Notes: generated from the letters alone by a model not told the origin. A stretch of DNA of 64,000 bases from an uncultured Actinomycetota bacterium (GCA_963770565.1 CAVYQE010000008.1:96001-160000), one strand, 5' to 3'. Counted from the stretch's first letter, positions 40,297 through 49,631 are shown. Numbers and translations: made by a program.

Positions 40297-41850
40297 TCAT
40301 GTGACAGTCCGCAGGCGCAGTTGTGGCCGGTGCTTCATCGCTTCGGCGATCAACGGCATTTGGATGTAGAGCGCAAAGCTGGCCACGATGACCATCGGGT
40401 ACAACGACCCGATCGTGGCAACCCCGGTGCCAAGGTCACGGACGATGCCGGCCCACAGCAGGGCCTGGACCGCGGTCAGCCAGCCCGCCATCAGCCACCC
40501 GATTCGCGCCCCCAGCGGGCTGCGGCTGACCGCACCGGTCGCGACCCACTCCTGGGTGTCGCCGCGCCAGGTGTCCCAGATCGCAACGGCGTGCGAGAAG
40601 TACTGCGCGAGCTGGATCCGCAGCACGCTGAAGTCCCAGCGGCCGCGGTAGGTCCAGAAGATCAGCGGGTAGGCGAAGATCAGCGGCAGCAGCAGCAGGT
40701 AGTTGCGGGAGTGGATCGCGTCCGGGTGCTGCCAGAGCAGGTAGACCGGTGGGATGAACGCGGTGAAGGCGCTGAGCGCCGTCGACAGGTAGTAGCCGAA
40801 GCCGCTCCAGAAGCACAGCCGCTGCTGCCAGGTCAGGCCCATCGAGCGGAAGGCCGGGTTGAGCATCAGGCTCATCGACCCCGCACACCAGCGGTACTGC
40901 TGGGACACGAAGGGCGGCAGCCCTTCCGGGCAGAGGCCCTTGGCGAGGATGACCGGGACGTAGCGGACGGCGTACCCGGCGCGCATCAGTGCGACGCCGG
41001 TGTGGACGTCCTCCGAGTGCGCGATCTGAGCGAATCCACCCGCGCGTTCCAGCCCTTCCCGGCGGTACAGGGCGCAGGTGCCGACGCAGATCGGAGCGCC
41101 GATCGCGTCCCGGGAGGGTTGCGTCCAGCGGTAGAACAGCTCCTGGACGGCGCCGGCCGATCGCTGTACCCAGCGGTCGGTGGAGTGGGTGTCGAAGAAC
41201 TGGGGGGACTGCACGATCCCGATCTCGGCGTCGTCGAGGTAGGGCATCAGCTCGAGGAGGTACTCCGGGCGCGGTGCGAAGTCGGCGTCGAGGACGGTGA
41301 TGACCTCGCCGTCGGAGTTGGCGTAGCCGAAGGCGAGGTTGCCGGCCTTCTTCATCCGGCCGCGGTCCAACCGGCTCATGTAGCGAAAACCGAAGCGCCG
41401 GGCGAGGACGCGCACGATCTCGCGGGCGGAGTCGTCGAGGACGTAGACCTCGATCGCGCCCGGATACTCGAGCATCGCGACGTGGCGGAAGGTGTTCTCC
41501 AGTACGTCGAGCGGCTCGCCCGCGCTCGGCAGGAACACGTCGACCGAGGGGTATTGCTCGGGTGACCAGAGCAACACGCGCTGCTCGTGGTCGGTTTGGC
41601 TGAGCCGGCGCGGCCGGGTCGAGCAGTAGAGGCCGATCAGCGAGACGCCGACCATGCCGAGAACGACCATGATCATCAGGCTGACGTGCGGGTCCTCGAA
41701 GCCGAATCGGCTCAGGCTGACGATCAGGCCGATGAATGCGACGAATCGGGCGACGAGGAACCAGCGCCGCTGGGTGCCGAAGTACCAGTACTTCTGCTCG
41801 TCGGTCACGTCGGTCGGCACCAATTGTGGGCTGGTGGTACGGCCGGGCAC
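40297..41850 (-). CDS. processive GT2 cellulose-synthase-like glycan synthase
   Basis: VLDD, KKAGNL, LDADF, VQSPQ, SEDVHTG, QQYRW; 2 N-terminal and about 4 C-terminal TMs; no PilZ tail. Confidence 0.92.
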   Translation of the reverse strand: MPGRTTSPQLVPTDVTDEQKYWYFGTQRRWFLVARFVAFIGLIVSLSRFGFEDPHVSLMIMVVLGMVGVSLIGLYCSTRPRRLSQTDHEQRVLLWSPEQYPSVDVFLPSAGEPLDVLENTFRHVAMLEYPGAIEVYVLDDSAREIVRVLARRFGFRYMSRLDRGRMKKAGNLAFGYANSDGEVITVLDADFAPRPEYLLELMPYLDDAEIGIVQSPQFFDTHSTDRWVQRSAGAVQELFYRWTQPSRDAIGAPICVGTCALYRREGLERAGGFAQIAHSEDVHTGVALMRAGYAVRYVPVILAKGLCPEGLPPFVSQQYRWCAGSMSLMLNPAFRSMGLTWQQRLCFWSGFGYYLSTALSAFTAFIPPVYLLWQHPDAIHSRNYLLLLPLIFAYPLIFWTYRGRWDFSVLRIQLAQYFSHAVAIWDTWRGDTQEWVATGAVSRSPLGARIGWLMAGWLTAVQALLWAGIVRDLGTGVATIGSLYPMVIVASFALYIQMPLIAEAMKHRPQLRLRTVT

Positions 41851-41954
41851 GCGTCTCCGTCCTTGCCGTGGCCGTCGCCACTGACCGGTCGTGGGGTCTC
41901 GCCGATTAGTCCTCCCAGGTTACCAACCCGAACCGGAGATTTCGGGCGGTCCCC

Positions 41955-42998
41955 TTAACCCGGAAGGGCGCTTTGCGCGGGAGCCAAACGGCCCAGATAC
42001 GTGGTGGCACCGGAGACCCCGCTCGCGTACAGCTTCTGCTGGTCGGCCGGGCTCAAATGGAAGTCGGTGGCAGCCAGCCCGAAGCTGTCCACGAAGATCG
42101 TCCGGGCCGCCTTGTCCGGCGGGATGTAGAACCGGCCGGCGTTGTCCATCGCGGTCCGCACGCAGGCGATCGCCTCCTGGAGGGCGTCCTTCGGGTTGTG
42201 CTTCGCGACCGGCGTCGGCGAGCCGGCGGACAGCTTCACCCCGATCGTCGGCCAGCGGCTCGGCAGCCCGTCGCTGCGGTCGAACACCTCGACCGGGAAG
42301 TTGGAGAGCAGCCCGCCGTCGACCCAGGTCACGGTTCCGGCGGAGTAGCTGTCGACTCCGTCGTCGTGGGCGGGCGCCTCGAACCGGATCGGGTCGAAGA
42401 AGAACGGGATCGACATCGACGCGCGGACCGCGTCGACGATGCGGGTCGAGTCCACGGTCACGCCGTACTCGGGGTAGTCCCACGGCAGGCGGACCAGCTT
42501 GTTGCGGGTGATGTCGGCGGTGTGCACCACGAGGGAGTAGCGGCAGGCCTCGTCCAGCGAGCTGCCGGGGTCGTCCATCCGCAAGTCGGCGAAGGTGGTC
42601 ACGCCGATCGAGCCGAGGACACCGCCCAGCCACTCGACGAGGTAGTCGCCGTCATAGATCCCCATATGGAGGACGAGGTGGCCGGCCTCGCCGACCCGGC
42701 CGAGATGGCGCTCGACCCAATCGCCGCGCATGAAGGCCGAATAGTCGATCTGCTGCATGATCGACTGAAGGTCGCTCATCGGTCGCCCGGCCCGCTGGAG
42801 CGCGGCCACCAGGGCCGCGCAGATCGCCCCGGCGCTCGTGCCGGCGACCCTGGGGAAGGTCCACCCCGCATCGGACAGCGTGATGAGGGCACCGACCAGG
42901 CCGATGCCTTTGACGCCACCGCCTTCAAGGACGAGGTCGGCGCGCTTGTCCGGCGCGGGCGAGTCGTGGTCGGTGGACGTGGGCGCGGGTTCGGTCAT
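41955..42998 (-). CDS. patatin-like phospholipase
   Basis: EGGGVKG, GTSAG, ASMSIPFFF, VDGG. Confidence 0.93.
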   Translation of the reverse strand: MTEPAPTSTDHDSPAPDKRADLVLEGGGVKGIGLVGALITLSDAGWTFPRVAGTSAGAICAALVAALQRAGRPMSDLQSIMQQIDYSAFMRGDWVERHLGRVGEAGHLVLHMGIYDGDYLVEWLGGVLGSIGVTTFADLRMDDPGSSLDEACRYSLVVHTADITRNKLVRLPWDYPEYGVTVDSTRIVDAVRASMSIPFFFDPIRFEAPAHDDGVDSYSAGTVTWVDGGLLSNFPVEVFDRSDGLPSRWPTIGVKLSAGSPTPVAKHNPKDALQEAIACVRTAMDNAGRFYIPPDKAARTIFVDSFGLAATDFHLSPADQQKLYASGVSGATTYLGRLAPAQSALPG

Positions 42999-43073
42999 GG
43001 TCGCCTCCGGCGTCGTCGATCTCCCGACCGTAGCGCCCGGATCAAGCCTGCGGCATGCGCCGTTCGCGTGGGA

Positions 43074-43286
43074 TCAGGCGGCGCCGCGCATTGGTACGTC
43101 GAGCAGGCCGAGGGCGTCGAGCAGCTCGCGTGCCTCGTCGGCGGTGGCGGCCCGGTGGCAGACCGCGAGGGCCGCGCGGCGGCGGTCCGCGGGGGAGATC
43201 TGGGTCACAGTGAAGTCTGCGAGCAGCGACTCGCGCCGGGTTTCGGCCGGCTTCTCGCGGCGAGGGGTGCGTGTCGTCGTTGTCAT
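43074..43286 (-). CDS. small hypothetical protein
   Basis: DRRRAALAVCHRAATADEARELLDALGL; plausible codon usage; fills an intergenic gap. Confidence 0.6.
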   Translation of the reverse strand: MTTTTRTPRREKPAETRRESLLADFTVTQISPADRRRAALAVCHRAATADEARELLDALGLLDVPMRGAA

Positions 43287-43330
43287 GTCAGTACATTCGC
43301 GCGCCGACCTGAGCCGGACCTGAAGACCGG

Positions 43331-43346
43331 TGTGACGTGCATCACC
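43331..43346. promoter_or_regulatory. CRP/GlxR-like site
   Basis: TGTGA-CGTGCA-TCACC, 9/10 match to TGTGA-N6-TCACA, between divergent genes. Confidence 0.55.
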
Positions 43347-43469
43347 TGTCACTTCTCATCACAGCCGTCACGACTTTGGGGGCCCCGCGGCGTGCCGTCA
43401 GATCCACCCTCGCCTGCGGTGTCGCCGTCCCCTACGATCCCCTCACCACGACCTAGGGGCGGCCATCAC

Positions 43470-44891
43470 ATGACCACGACGCACGACGACGAGGCGATCA
43501 GCGCGACCACCGAAATCCGTGAAGGGGAGTACGGCGACAAGATCGCAGTCGTCGAGCCCGGGGGGGCCGAGTTCATCCCGCTCAACGAGCGGCACGGCAA
43601 GCCCACGCAGCTGTTCTGGACCTGGATGTCGCCGAACTTCGAGTTTGCGACCGTCTTCGTCGGGGTGATCTGCGTCCTGTTCTTCGGGCTCAGCTTCGCC
43701 CAGGCGGTGGCCGCGATCGTCCTCGGCACGGTGCTCGGCTCGGTGACCCAGGCGGCCTTGTCGGCGCGCGGTCCGGAGTACGGCGTACCGCAGATGATCC
43801 TGTCCCGGATCTCGTTCGGCTACTGGGGCAATGCGCTACCGGCCGGCATCAACGCCGTGATCGCCGGGGTCGGGTGGTTCGCGGTCAACAGCGTGTCCGG
43901 CGCCCTCGCGCTCAACACCTTGCTGCACTTCAACAAGTACGGCTGCCTGGTCATCATCGTGGCGATCCAGATCGCGATCGCGCTCTACGGCCACAACCTG
44001 GTCCACGTCTTCGAGAAGGTGGCCTTCCCGCTGCTCGCGGTGGCGTTCCTGCTCGGGGCGATCTACACCTTCTCCAAGGGGCACTACGGCGGCCACGGCA
44101 CCGGCGGGTTCGGCGGGTTCACGGTGGCCCTCGCTGCGACCTTCGGTTATGCCTGCGGCTGGAACCCGTATGCCGCGGACTACACCCGCTATATGGACCC
44201 GCACACCCCCAAGCGGGCCACCGCCCTCTGGAGCGGCCTCGGCGTCGCGCTGTCCTGCATCTTCCTCGAGGTCGTCGGGGCGGTCTCAGCGACGATCGCG
44301 ACCAACCCGAACCTGACCCCGACCGCGGCCTTCACCTCGCCGTACCCGACCTTCGTCCGCGACCTGGTCCTGCTCGCGATCGCAGTCGGCGCCATCGCCG
44401 CGAACGTGCTCAACATCTACTCCGGCGCGATGTCGTTCACCACGCTCGGGATCAAGATCCCGCTGAAGTTCCGGCGGGCGCTGGTCGCGGGTGTCTTCGG
44501 TGCGGCCGGCTTCGTCGTGGCGGCGATCGGGTTGAACGACATCGACAAGTACGAGAATTTCCTGCTGATCATCGCCTACTGGATCGGCCCGTGGCTTGCG
44601 GTGTTCTTCGTCGACCAGCTGATCAACAAAGGCAACCACGCCGACAAGCTGTACGACCGCGCCCACAAGAACCTGGCCGGTCCGATCGCGATGTTCGTCG
44701 GGATGGTCGTGTCGATCGGACTGTTCGCCGATCAGCCACCACGGTTCACGGCGTACTTCCCGAAGCATCACCCGAAGATCGGCGACCTGACCTTCGAGGT
44801 CGGCTTCGTCCTGTCCGCGCTGGTCTACCTGGTCCTGGTCTACGCCGGGCTCGGGCAGCGCAACCGCAAGACCGTCGTCCTGCCCAGCTGA
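43470..44891 (+). CDS. codB: NCS1 purine/cytosine permease
   Basis: IPLNERHG, GVPQMILSRISFG, GWFAVNS, YAADYTRY, NIYSG; about 12 TMs. Confidence 0.88.
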   Translation: MTTTHDDEAISATTEIREGEYGDKIAVVEPGGAEFIPLNERHGKPTQLFWTWMSPNFEFATVFVGVICVLFFGLSFAQAVAAIVLGTVLGSVTQAALSARGPEYGVPQMILSRISFGYWGNALPAGINAVIAGVGWFAVNSVSGALALNTLLHFNKYGCLVIIVAIQIAIALYGHNLVHVFEKVAFPLLAVAFLLGAIYTFSKGHYGGHGTGGFGGFTVALAATFGYACGWNPYAADYTRYMDPHTPKRATALWSGLGVALSCIFLEVVGAVSATIATNPNLTPTAAFTSPYPTFVRDLVLLAIAVGAIAANVLNIYSGAMSFTTLGIKIPLKFRRALVAGVFGAAGFVVAAIGLNDIDKYENFLLIIAYWIGPWLAVFFVDQLINKGNHADKLYDRAHKNLAGPIAMFVGMVVSIGLFADQPPRFTAYFPKHHPKIGDLTFEVGFVLSALVYLVLVYAGLGQRNRKTVVLPS

Positions 44892-44892
44892 G

Positions 44893-45357
44893 ATGGCGGC
44901 CCTGTCCGACGATGACCGGCGCTGGCTCGACGTTGCAATCGCCGAGGCCCGCGCCGGTCGGGACGAGGGCGGCATCCCGATCGGGGCCGCGGTCGTCGCC
45001 GACGGCGTCCTGCTCGCGGGCGGGCACAACCGGCGGGTGCAGCACGGCAGTGCAATCCACCACGGCGAGACGAACGCCCTTGAAAACGCCGGTCGGCAGC
45101 CGGCCAGCGTCTATCGCCGGGCCACCATGTACACCACGCTGTCTCCGTGCGACATGTGCACCGGCGCGATGCTGCTCTACGGCATCCCGCGGGTGGTCGT
45201 CGGGGAGAACGTCACTTTCATGGGCGCCGAGGACCTGCTCCGCAGCCGTGGGGTGGAGGTGGTCGTGGTCGACGACGAGGAGTGCAAGACTCTGATGCGG
45301 GAGTTCATTGCGGCCAGCCCGCAGTTGTGGAACGAAGACATCGGCGAGGAGGGGTGA
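44893..45357 (+). CDS. CDA-fold cytosine deaminase (yeast Fcy1-like)
   Basis: [33 protein letters not shown]. Confidence 0.88.
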   Translation: MAALSDDDRRWLDVAIAEARAGRDEGGIPIGAAVVADGVLLAGGHNRRVQHGSAIHHGETNALENAGRQPASVYRRATMYTTLSPCDMCTGAMLLYGIPRVVVGENVTFMGAEDLLRSRGVEVVVVDDEECKTLMREFIAASPQLWNEDIGEEG

Positions 45358-45361
45358 GCGC

Positions 45362-46003
45362 GTGCGGGTAACCGTGGTCGATCACCCGGTGGTGGCCGCG
45401 AAGCTGACAGCGCTTCGCGACGTGACCACCGACACCCCGACCTTCCGCCGGCTCGTCGACGACCTGGTCACGCTGCTCGCGTATGAAGCGACCACCGGGG
45501 TCCTGGTGGAGAAGGTCGAGATCACGACCCCGATCGCCCCGACCATCGGGGTCCGGCTGACCTCGCCGCCACCGCTCGTTGTACCCGTCTTGCGGGCCGG
45601 GGTCGGCATGCTCGACGGGCTGACCCGGCTGCTGCCGGACGCCGAGGTCGGCTTCGCGGGTTTGATGCGCGACGAGACGACCGCCCAGCCATCGTGGTAC
45701 GCCGAGCGGCTGCCCGAGAGTGCGGCCGGGCGCTCGGTCTTCGTGCTCGACCCGATGCTCGCGACCGGCGGCACGCTGGTCGCGGTGGTCGAGGAGCTGC
45801 TCGCCCGCGGCGCCGAGGCGGTCACCTGCGTCTGCCTGCTGGCAGCGCCCGAGGGCATCGCGCGGGTCGAGGCGGCGTTCCCGGACGACCGGGTGTCACT
45901 CGTGGTGGCGGCGGTCGACGACCGGCTCGACGAGCGGGCCTACATCGTGCCCGGGCTCGGCGACGCCGGCGACCGGCTGTTCGGCAGCGCCGCCGCCCAC
46001 TAG
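45362..46003 (+). CDS. upp: uracil phosphoribosyltransferase
   Basis: [31 protein letters not shown]. Confidence 0.96.
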   Translation: MRVTVVDHPVVAAKLTALRDVTTDTPTFRRLVDDLVTLLAYEATTGVLVEKVEITTPIAPTIGVRLTSPPPLVVPVLRAGVGMLDGLTRLLPDAEVGFAGLMRDETTAQPSWYAERLPESAAGRSVFVLDPMLATGGTLVAVVEELLARGAEAVTCVCLLAAPEGIARVEAAFPDDRVSLVVAAVDDRLDERAYIVPGLGDAGDRLFGSAAAH

Positions 46004-46004
46004 C

Positions 46005-46056
46005 CGGTTTGTGATCCGTTCGCGGTGCTGGGGCGCCGCTGACAGCGCACAAACCG
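46005..46056. repeat. REP-like imperfect palindrome
   Basis: CGGTTTGTG...GCGG-loop-CCGC...CACAAACCG immediately after the upp stop. Confidence 0.65.
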
Positions 46057-46088
46057 CTGAAGGTCTTAGTCGTCCCGGTCGAGTCCCG

Positions 46089-46157
46089 CTGATCTTCGCC
46101 GTCGATACCACTTTTTCGCCCGACACGCCTACATCTGGTCATGCAGCCGAAGATCAG
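46089..46157. repeat. REP-like element with 10-bp terminal IR
   Basis: CTGATCTTCG...CCGACACGCC...CGAAGATCAG. Confidence 0.6.
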
Positions 46158-46166
46158 GAAGCTCGA

Positions 46167-46484
46167 TCAGCGTGAGCGGACCGCGCTTGCATCGACGATG
46201 CCCGGTGAGCTGCGAAGGCACGCTGCCACTCTTTGTGCTCGCGCGGCGTTGCCTCGGACCTCAATGTCGATCTGCGCCGGAGAACTGTCCAGAACATCGG
46301 TAGTGCTGACGAGCGGCGCGCAATCCATCGCTCGTGACTCTTGAGCGCTCGTCGTCTGCAGGGTCTCTTGGCCATAGATGTGCCAGTCCGCGCCCCAGAA
46401 CCACGGACCTATGGTCAGGGCCAACACACCCAGTGTGAGAGCTGCGACCACCGACAGAGACGCCGCGACCAGCTTCCATCCCAC
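46167..46484 (-). CDS. small membrane-anchored hypothetical protein
   Basis: TACGGT-6nt-GTG; one TM; two Cys. Confidence 0.6.
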   Translation of the reverse strand: MGWKLVAASLSVVAALTLGVLALTIGPWFWGADWHIYGQETLQTTSAQESRAMDCAPLVSTTDVLDSSPAQIDIEVRGNAARAQRVAACLRSSPGIVDASAVRSR

Positions 46485-46569
46485 TCCGGAACCGTAACGC
46501 CGTGAGGCAGCGCGGCGGAGGCTTGATACCCGCCTACAGCAACTCTTGGCGCGAGCCGATCCTCCTTCT

Positions 46570-47046
46570 GTGAGGGCGGGCACCGGCAGCACGACGGCAC
46601 GGACTGCTCGAGCGGCGCACCTTGTGGCTTGCGGTCTCGTGATTGCTCTCGCCACGGGTTGTTCCTCGTCGCTCTCTTTCGAGCAACTTGCCCACAACGC
46701 TCAGCTGGTGCCGGTGCCTCGAGGGCTGTCCCTGGCGAAGGTGACCCGGTCAACCGAGGACGGGCCCGGATTCACGACCAGCACTTCTCAGGAGGTGACC
46801 AGGACCTACGTCAACGCGCTGCCGTGTGAGGAGCTCCAGGCCCAGTGGCTCACGGTCCTGCGAGATGCACACCGATCCTTCCGCCTTGATCCCGAGCCTC
46901 ACCTCTACGGCAGTACGGGGCAGGTCGAGATCATCATCGATGACCGTGCCGAGCATCTCGGAATAACGATCGGGGACATCGCAGGCTCGGGCAGCTATCT
47001 CCGTTGCTCGTCACCATTCATCTGGTCATTCAACGATCCGCACTGA
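46570..47046 (+). CDS. hypothetical lipoprotein (start uncertain)
   Basis: LVIALATGC lipobox-like; weaker GC3 bias than neighbours. Confidence 0.6.
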   Translation: MRAGTGSTTARTARAAHLVACGLVIALATGCSSSLSFEQLAHNAQLVPVPRGLSLAKVTRSTEDGPGFTTSTSQEVTRTYVNALPCEELQAQWLTVLRDAHRSFRLDPEPHLYGSTGQVEIIIDDRAEHLGITIGDIAGSGSYLRCSSPFIWSFNDPH

Positions 47047-47215
47047 CCTAGAGGGCACTCCCCGGGACAGCGCGTGCTGCGCACGACCGAAGAAGGGTGC
47101 TAGGCGTCGTTCCTCAGTCGATCACGCAGTTGCAGTCCCTGCTTCTCGGTTTCCTTGCGGTGGCGCGTGTAGTGAGCTGGCTCCTCCCATGCCGGACGCT
47201 TTCGCCGACACGGCT

Positions 47216-47363
47216 CACCGATGGCCCATGCGTGTTGCTATAGCCCCATCGATGGGCCATGCGTGTGGCTATAGCCCCACCGATGGGCCATGCGTGTGGC
47301 TATAGCCCCACCGATGGGCCATGCGTGTGGCTATAGCCCCACCGATGGGCCATGCGTGTTGCT
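47216..47363. repeat. tandem array of 31-bp palindromic units (about 4.8 copies)
   Basis: CACCGATGGGCCATGCGTGTGGCTATAGCCC at 47216, 47247, 47278, 47309 and partial at 47340; no spacers. Confidence 0.95.
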
Positions 47364-47377
47364 GACACGATGGCTGC

Positions 47378-48577
47378 GTGCGCTACCCGATCTTCCTCGA
47401 CCTCACCGGGCGACGCGTGCTCGTCGTCGGTGGCGGTGCGGTCGCGGTACGCCGGGTCGCCGACCTGCTTGACGCCGGCGCTGAAGTGACCGTGGTCGCA
47501 CCGGTGGTCGATGCTCGGCTCGCGAACACCGGCGTACGGATCGAGACCCGGCCATATGAGTCGGCCGACATCGACGGCGCGCGACTGGTGCTCGCCTGCA
47601 CGGACGACAGCGAGGTCAACGCGGCGGTCGCAGCGGACGCCGAGGCCGCCGGGATCTGGTGCGTACGCGCCGATGACGCGCGCCGGTCGGCGGCGTGGCG
47701 ACCGGCGGTGACCCAGGTCGACGACGTCACGGTCGCCGTCAGCGCGAACGCCGACCCGGCCCGGGCGGTCGAGGTTCGCAACGCGGTGGCCGCCGGCCTG
47801 CGGACCGGCGAGATCTCGGCGCGGCGCGGTCGCGCGCCCGGGCGCCGAAGCAGCGGCGGGCGGGTGATCCTCGTCGGTGGCGGTCCGGGTGAGCCCGACC
47901 TGCTGACCCTTCGCGGCTTCCGGATGCTGCTCGACGCCGATGTCGTGGTCACCGACCGGCTGGCGCCGACCGGTTTGCTTGACCTGCTGCCGGCCGATGT
48001 CGAGATCGTCGACGTCGGCAAGGCGCCCGGCGACGCGCCGGTCGAGCAGTCGCAGATCAACGCGCTGATCGTCGACCGTGCCCGGCAGGGCCAGATCGTG
48101 GTCCGGCTCAAGGGCGGCGACCCGTTCGTCCTGGGCCGGGGAAGCGAGGAGGTCGACGCCTGTCTGGCGGCCGGAGTGCCGGTGGACGTCGTACCCGGGC
48201 TCACAAGTGCGGTTGCCGCTGCGACCCTGGCCGGGGTGCCGCTGACCGAGCGCGGCACGACCCAGCACTTCACCGTGGTCAGCGGCCACGTGCCGCCCGG
48301 CGACGAGCGCTCGACCGTCGACTGGGGCCTGCTCGCCGCGAGTGGCGCGACCCTCGTTCTTCTGATGGCGGTCGCCAACCTGGCCGACATCGCGGCCGCG
48401 CTGATCGCCGGCAGCCGGACGCCGACGACAGCGGTCGCGATCGTGGAGAACGCATCGCTCCCGCAGCAGCGGGTGATCACCACCACGCTCGCCGAGCTCG
48501 GCGCGACCGTCGACGCGGAGCAGGTGAGGCCGCCGGCGGTTGTCGTCATCGGCGACGTGGTCAGACGCGGCGGCTGA
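47378..48577 (+). CDS. cysG: siroheme synthase-like (precorrin-2 dehydrogenase + uroporphyrinogen-III methyltransferase)
   Basis: YPIFLDL..VLVVGGGAVA; VGGGPGEPDLLT, VRLKGGDPFVLGRG, VVPG. Confidence 0.92.
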   Translation: MRYPIFLDLTGRRVLVVGGGAVAVRRVADLLDAGAEVTVVAPVVDARLANTGVRIETRPYESADIDGARLVLACTDDSEVNAAVAADAEAAGIWCVRADDARRSAAWRPAVTQVDDVTVAVSANADPARAVEVRNAVAAGLRTGEISARRGRAPGRRSSGGRVILVGGGPGEPDLLTLRGFRMLLDADVVVTDRLAPTGLLDLLPADVEIVDVGKAPGDAPVEQSQINALIVDRARQGQIVVRLKGGDPFVLGRGSEEVDACLAAGVPVDVVPGLTSAVAAATLAGVPLTERGTTQHFTVVSGHVPPGDERSTVDWGLLAASGATLVLLMAVANLADIAAALIAGSRTPTTAVAIVENASLPQQRVITTTLAELGATVDAEQVRPPAVVVIGDVVRRGG

Positions 48578-48579
48578 CC

Positions 48580-49371
48580 TCAGCCCGGCGGATGCAGCCG
48601 CCGGATGACAGCGGTGACTGCGCGGCGAGGCGCGAACCGGATCGACTGCGCACCGACCTTGTTGAGTGCGCCGGGGATCACGATTCGCTTCCCGCGCACC
48701 ATCCCGTCGTACGCCGCCTCGGCGACGAAACTCGCCGACTTCATTCCCGGCGACTTCAGCATCGGCTGGTCCGCGCCGAGTCCGGCCGCTTGCTGGAATC
48801 CGGAGAGTACGACGCCGGGGCACAGCGCGGTCGCGGTGACGCCGGTGCCGGCCAGTTCTTCGGCGATCGCCTCGGTGAACGACAGGACGTAGGCCTTGCT
48901 CGCGTAGTAGACCGCCATGAACGGGCCGGGCTGGAACGCCGCCGTCGACGCCACGTTGAGGACGTGGCCTCGACCTCGGGTGGTCATCGCCGGCAGGAAC
49001 AGCTTGGTGAGCGCGGTCAGAGCGACGACGTTCACCGCGAGCATCCGCAGCTCCTCGTCCGCGCTCGTCTCGCTGAACCGGCCGTGCCCGCCGAAACCGG
49101 CGTTGTTGACGAGCACATCGACCGACAGCCCCGCGGCGCTCACCTCGTCGTACACGTGCTGTGGGCCCTCGGGGTCGGACAGGTCGGCGGTGATGACGGT
49201 CGACGTCGCGCCGTAGCGCTTGGACAGCTCGTCGCCGAGGGCCCGCAGCTCGGGCTCGCGGCGGGCGACGAGCACCAGGTCGTGTCCCTCCCGGGCGAGC
49301 ACCCGAGCCAGTTCCTGGCCGATGCCGCTGGACGCGCCGGTCACCAGGGCGACGGGTCGTGGGGTGGTCAT
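48580..49371 (-). CDS. SDR oxidoreductase
   Basis: TGASSGIG, NNAG, YYASK. Confidence 0.93.
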   Translation of the reverse strand: MTTPRPVALVTGASSGIGQELARVLAREGHDLVLVARREPELRALGDELSKRYGATSTVITADLSDPEGPQHVYDEVSAAGLSVDVLVNNAGFGGHGRFSETSADEELRMLAVNVVALTALTKLFLPAMTTRGRGHVLNVASTAAFQPGPFMAVYYASKAYVLSFTEAIAEELAGTGVTATALCPGVVLSGFQQAAGLGADQPMLKSPGMKSASFVAEAAYDGMVRGKRIVIPGALNKVGAQSIRFAPRRAVTAVIRRLHPPG

Positions 49372-49631
49372 CGACAGGCTCCGCTCTTCGGGCGAGAGAT
49401 CGGACGACATCGGGGCGGTGCCGAGCGACCACGGGGGCAGTCGCCCGGCACCGCGTCCGGGGGCGTCGGGCGTCGGATCCCCCCGCCGATCACGGATCCG
49501 CTCAGCGCGAGGCAAGTTTCCCAGGTCGGCCACCCGGCGTCCAGCGCTGACCGGTTGGTCCTGGACCGATGTGGACCGATCGGGGCACTAGTGTCCGAAC
49601 CGGCAACAGTCGCGCGCGAAGGGGCGGTCAC

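Noticed and set aside
41851-41954. Cyclic-dinucleotide riboswitch ahead of the GT2
   Set aside because: The leader is short and lacks motifs I can recognise; an Rfam scan would be needed
41973-43469. N-terminal 499 aa of the 972-aa ORF
   Set aside because: Antisense to patatin; the permease starts at ATG 43470
47216-47363. CRISPR array
   Set aside because: Units are contiguous with no unique spacers, and no cas genes are in the window
47047-47377. Cobalamin or SAM riboswitch ahead of cysG
   Set aside because: No recognisable consensus; the gene appears leaderless
47300-49432. 710-aa minus-strand ORF
   Set aside because: Off-frame over the SDR and antisense to cysG; no motifs
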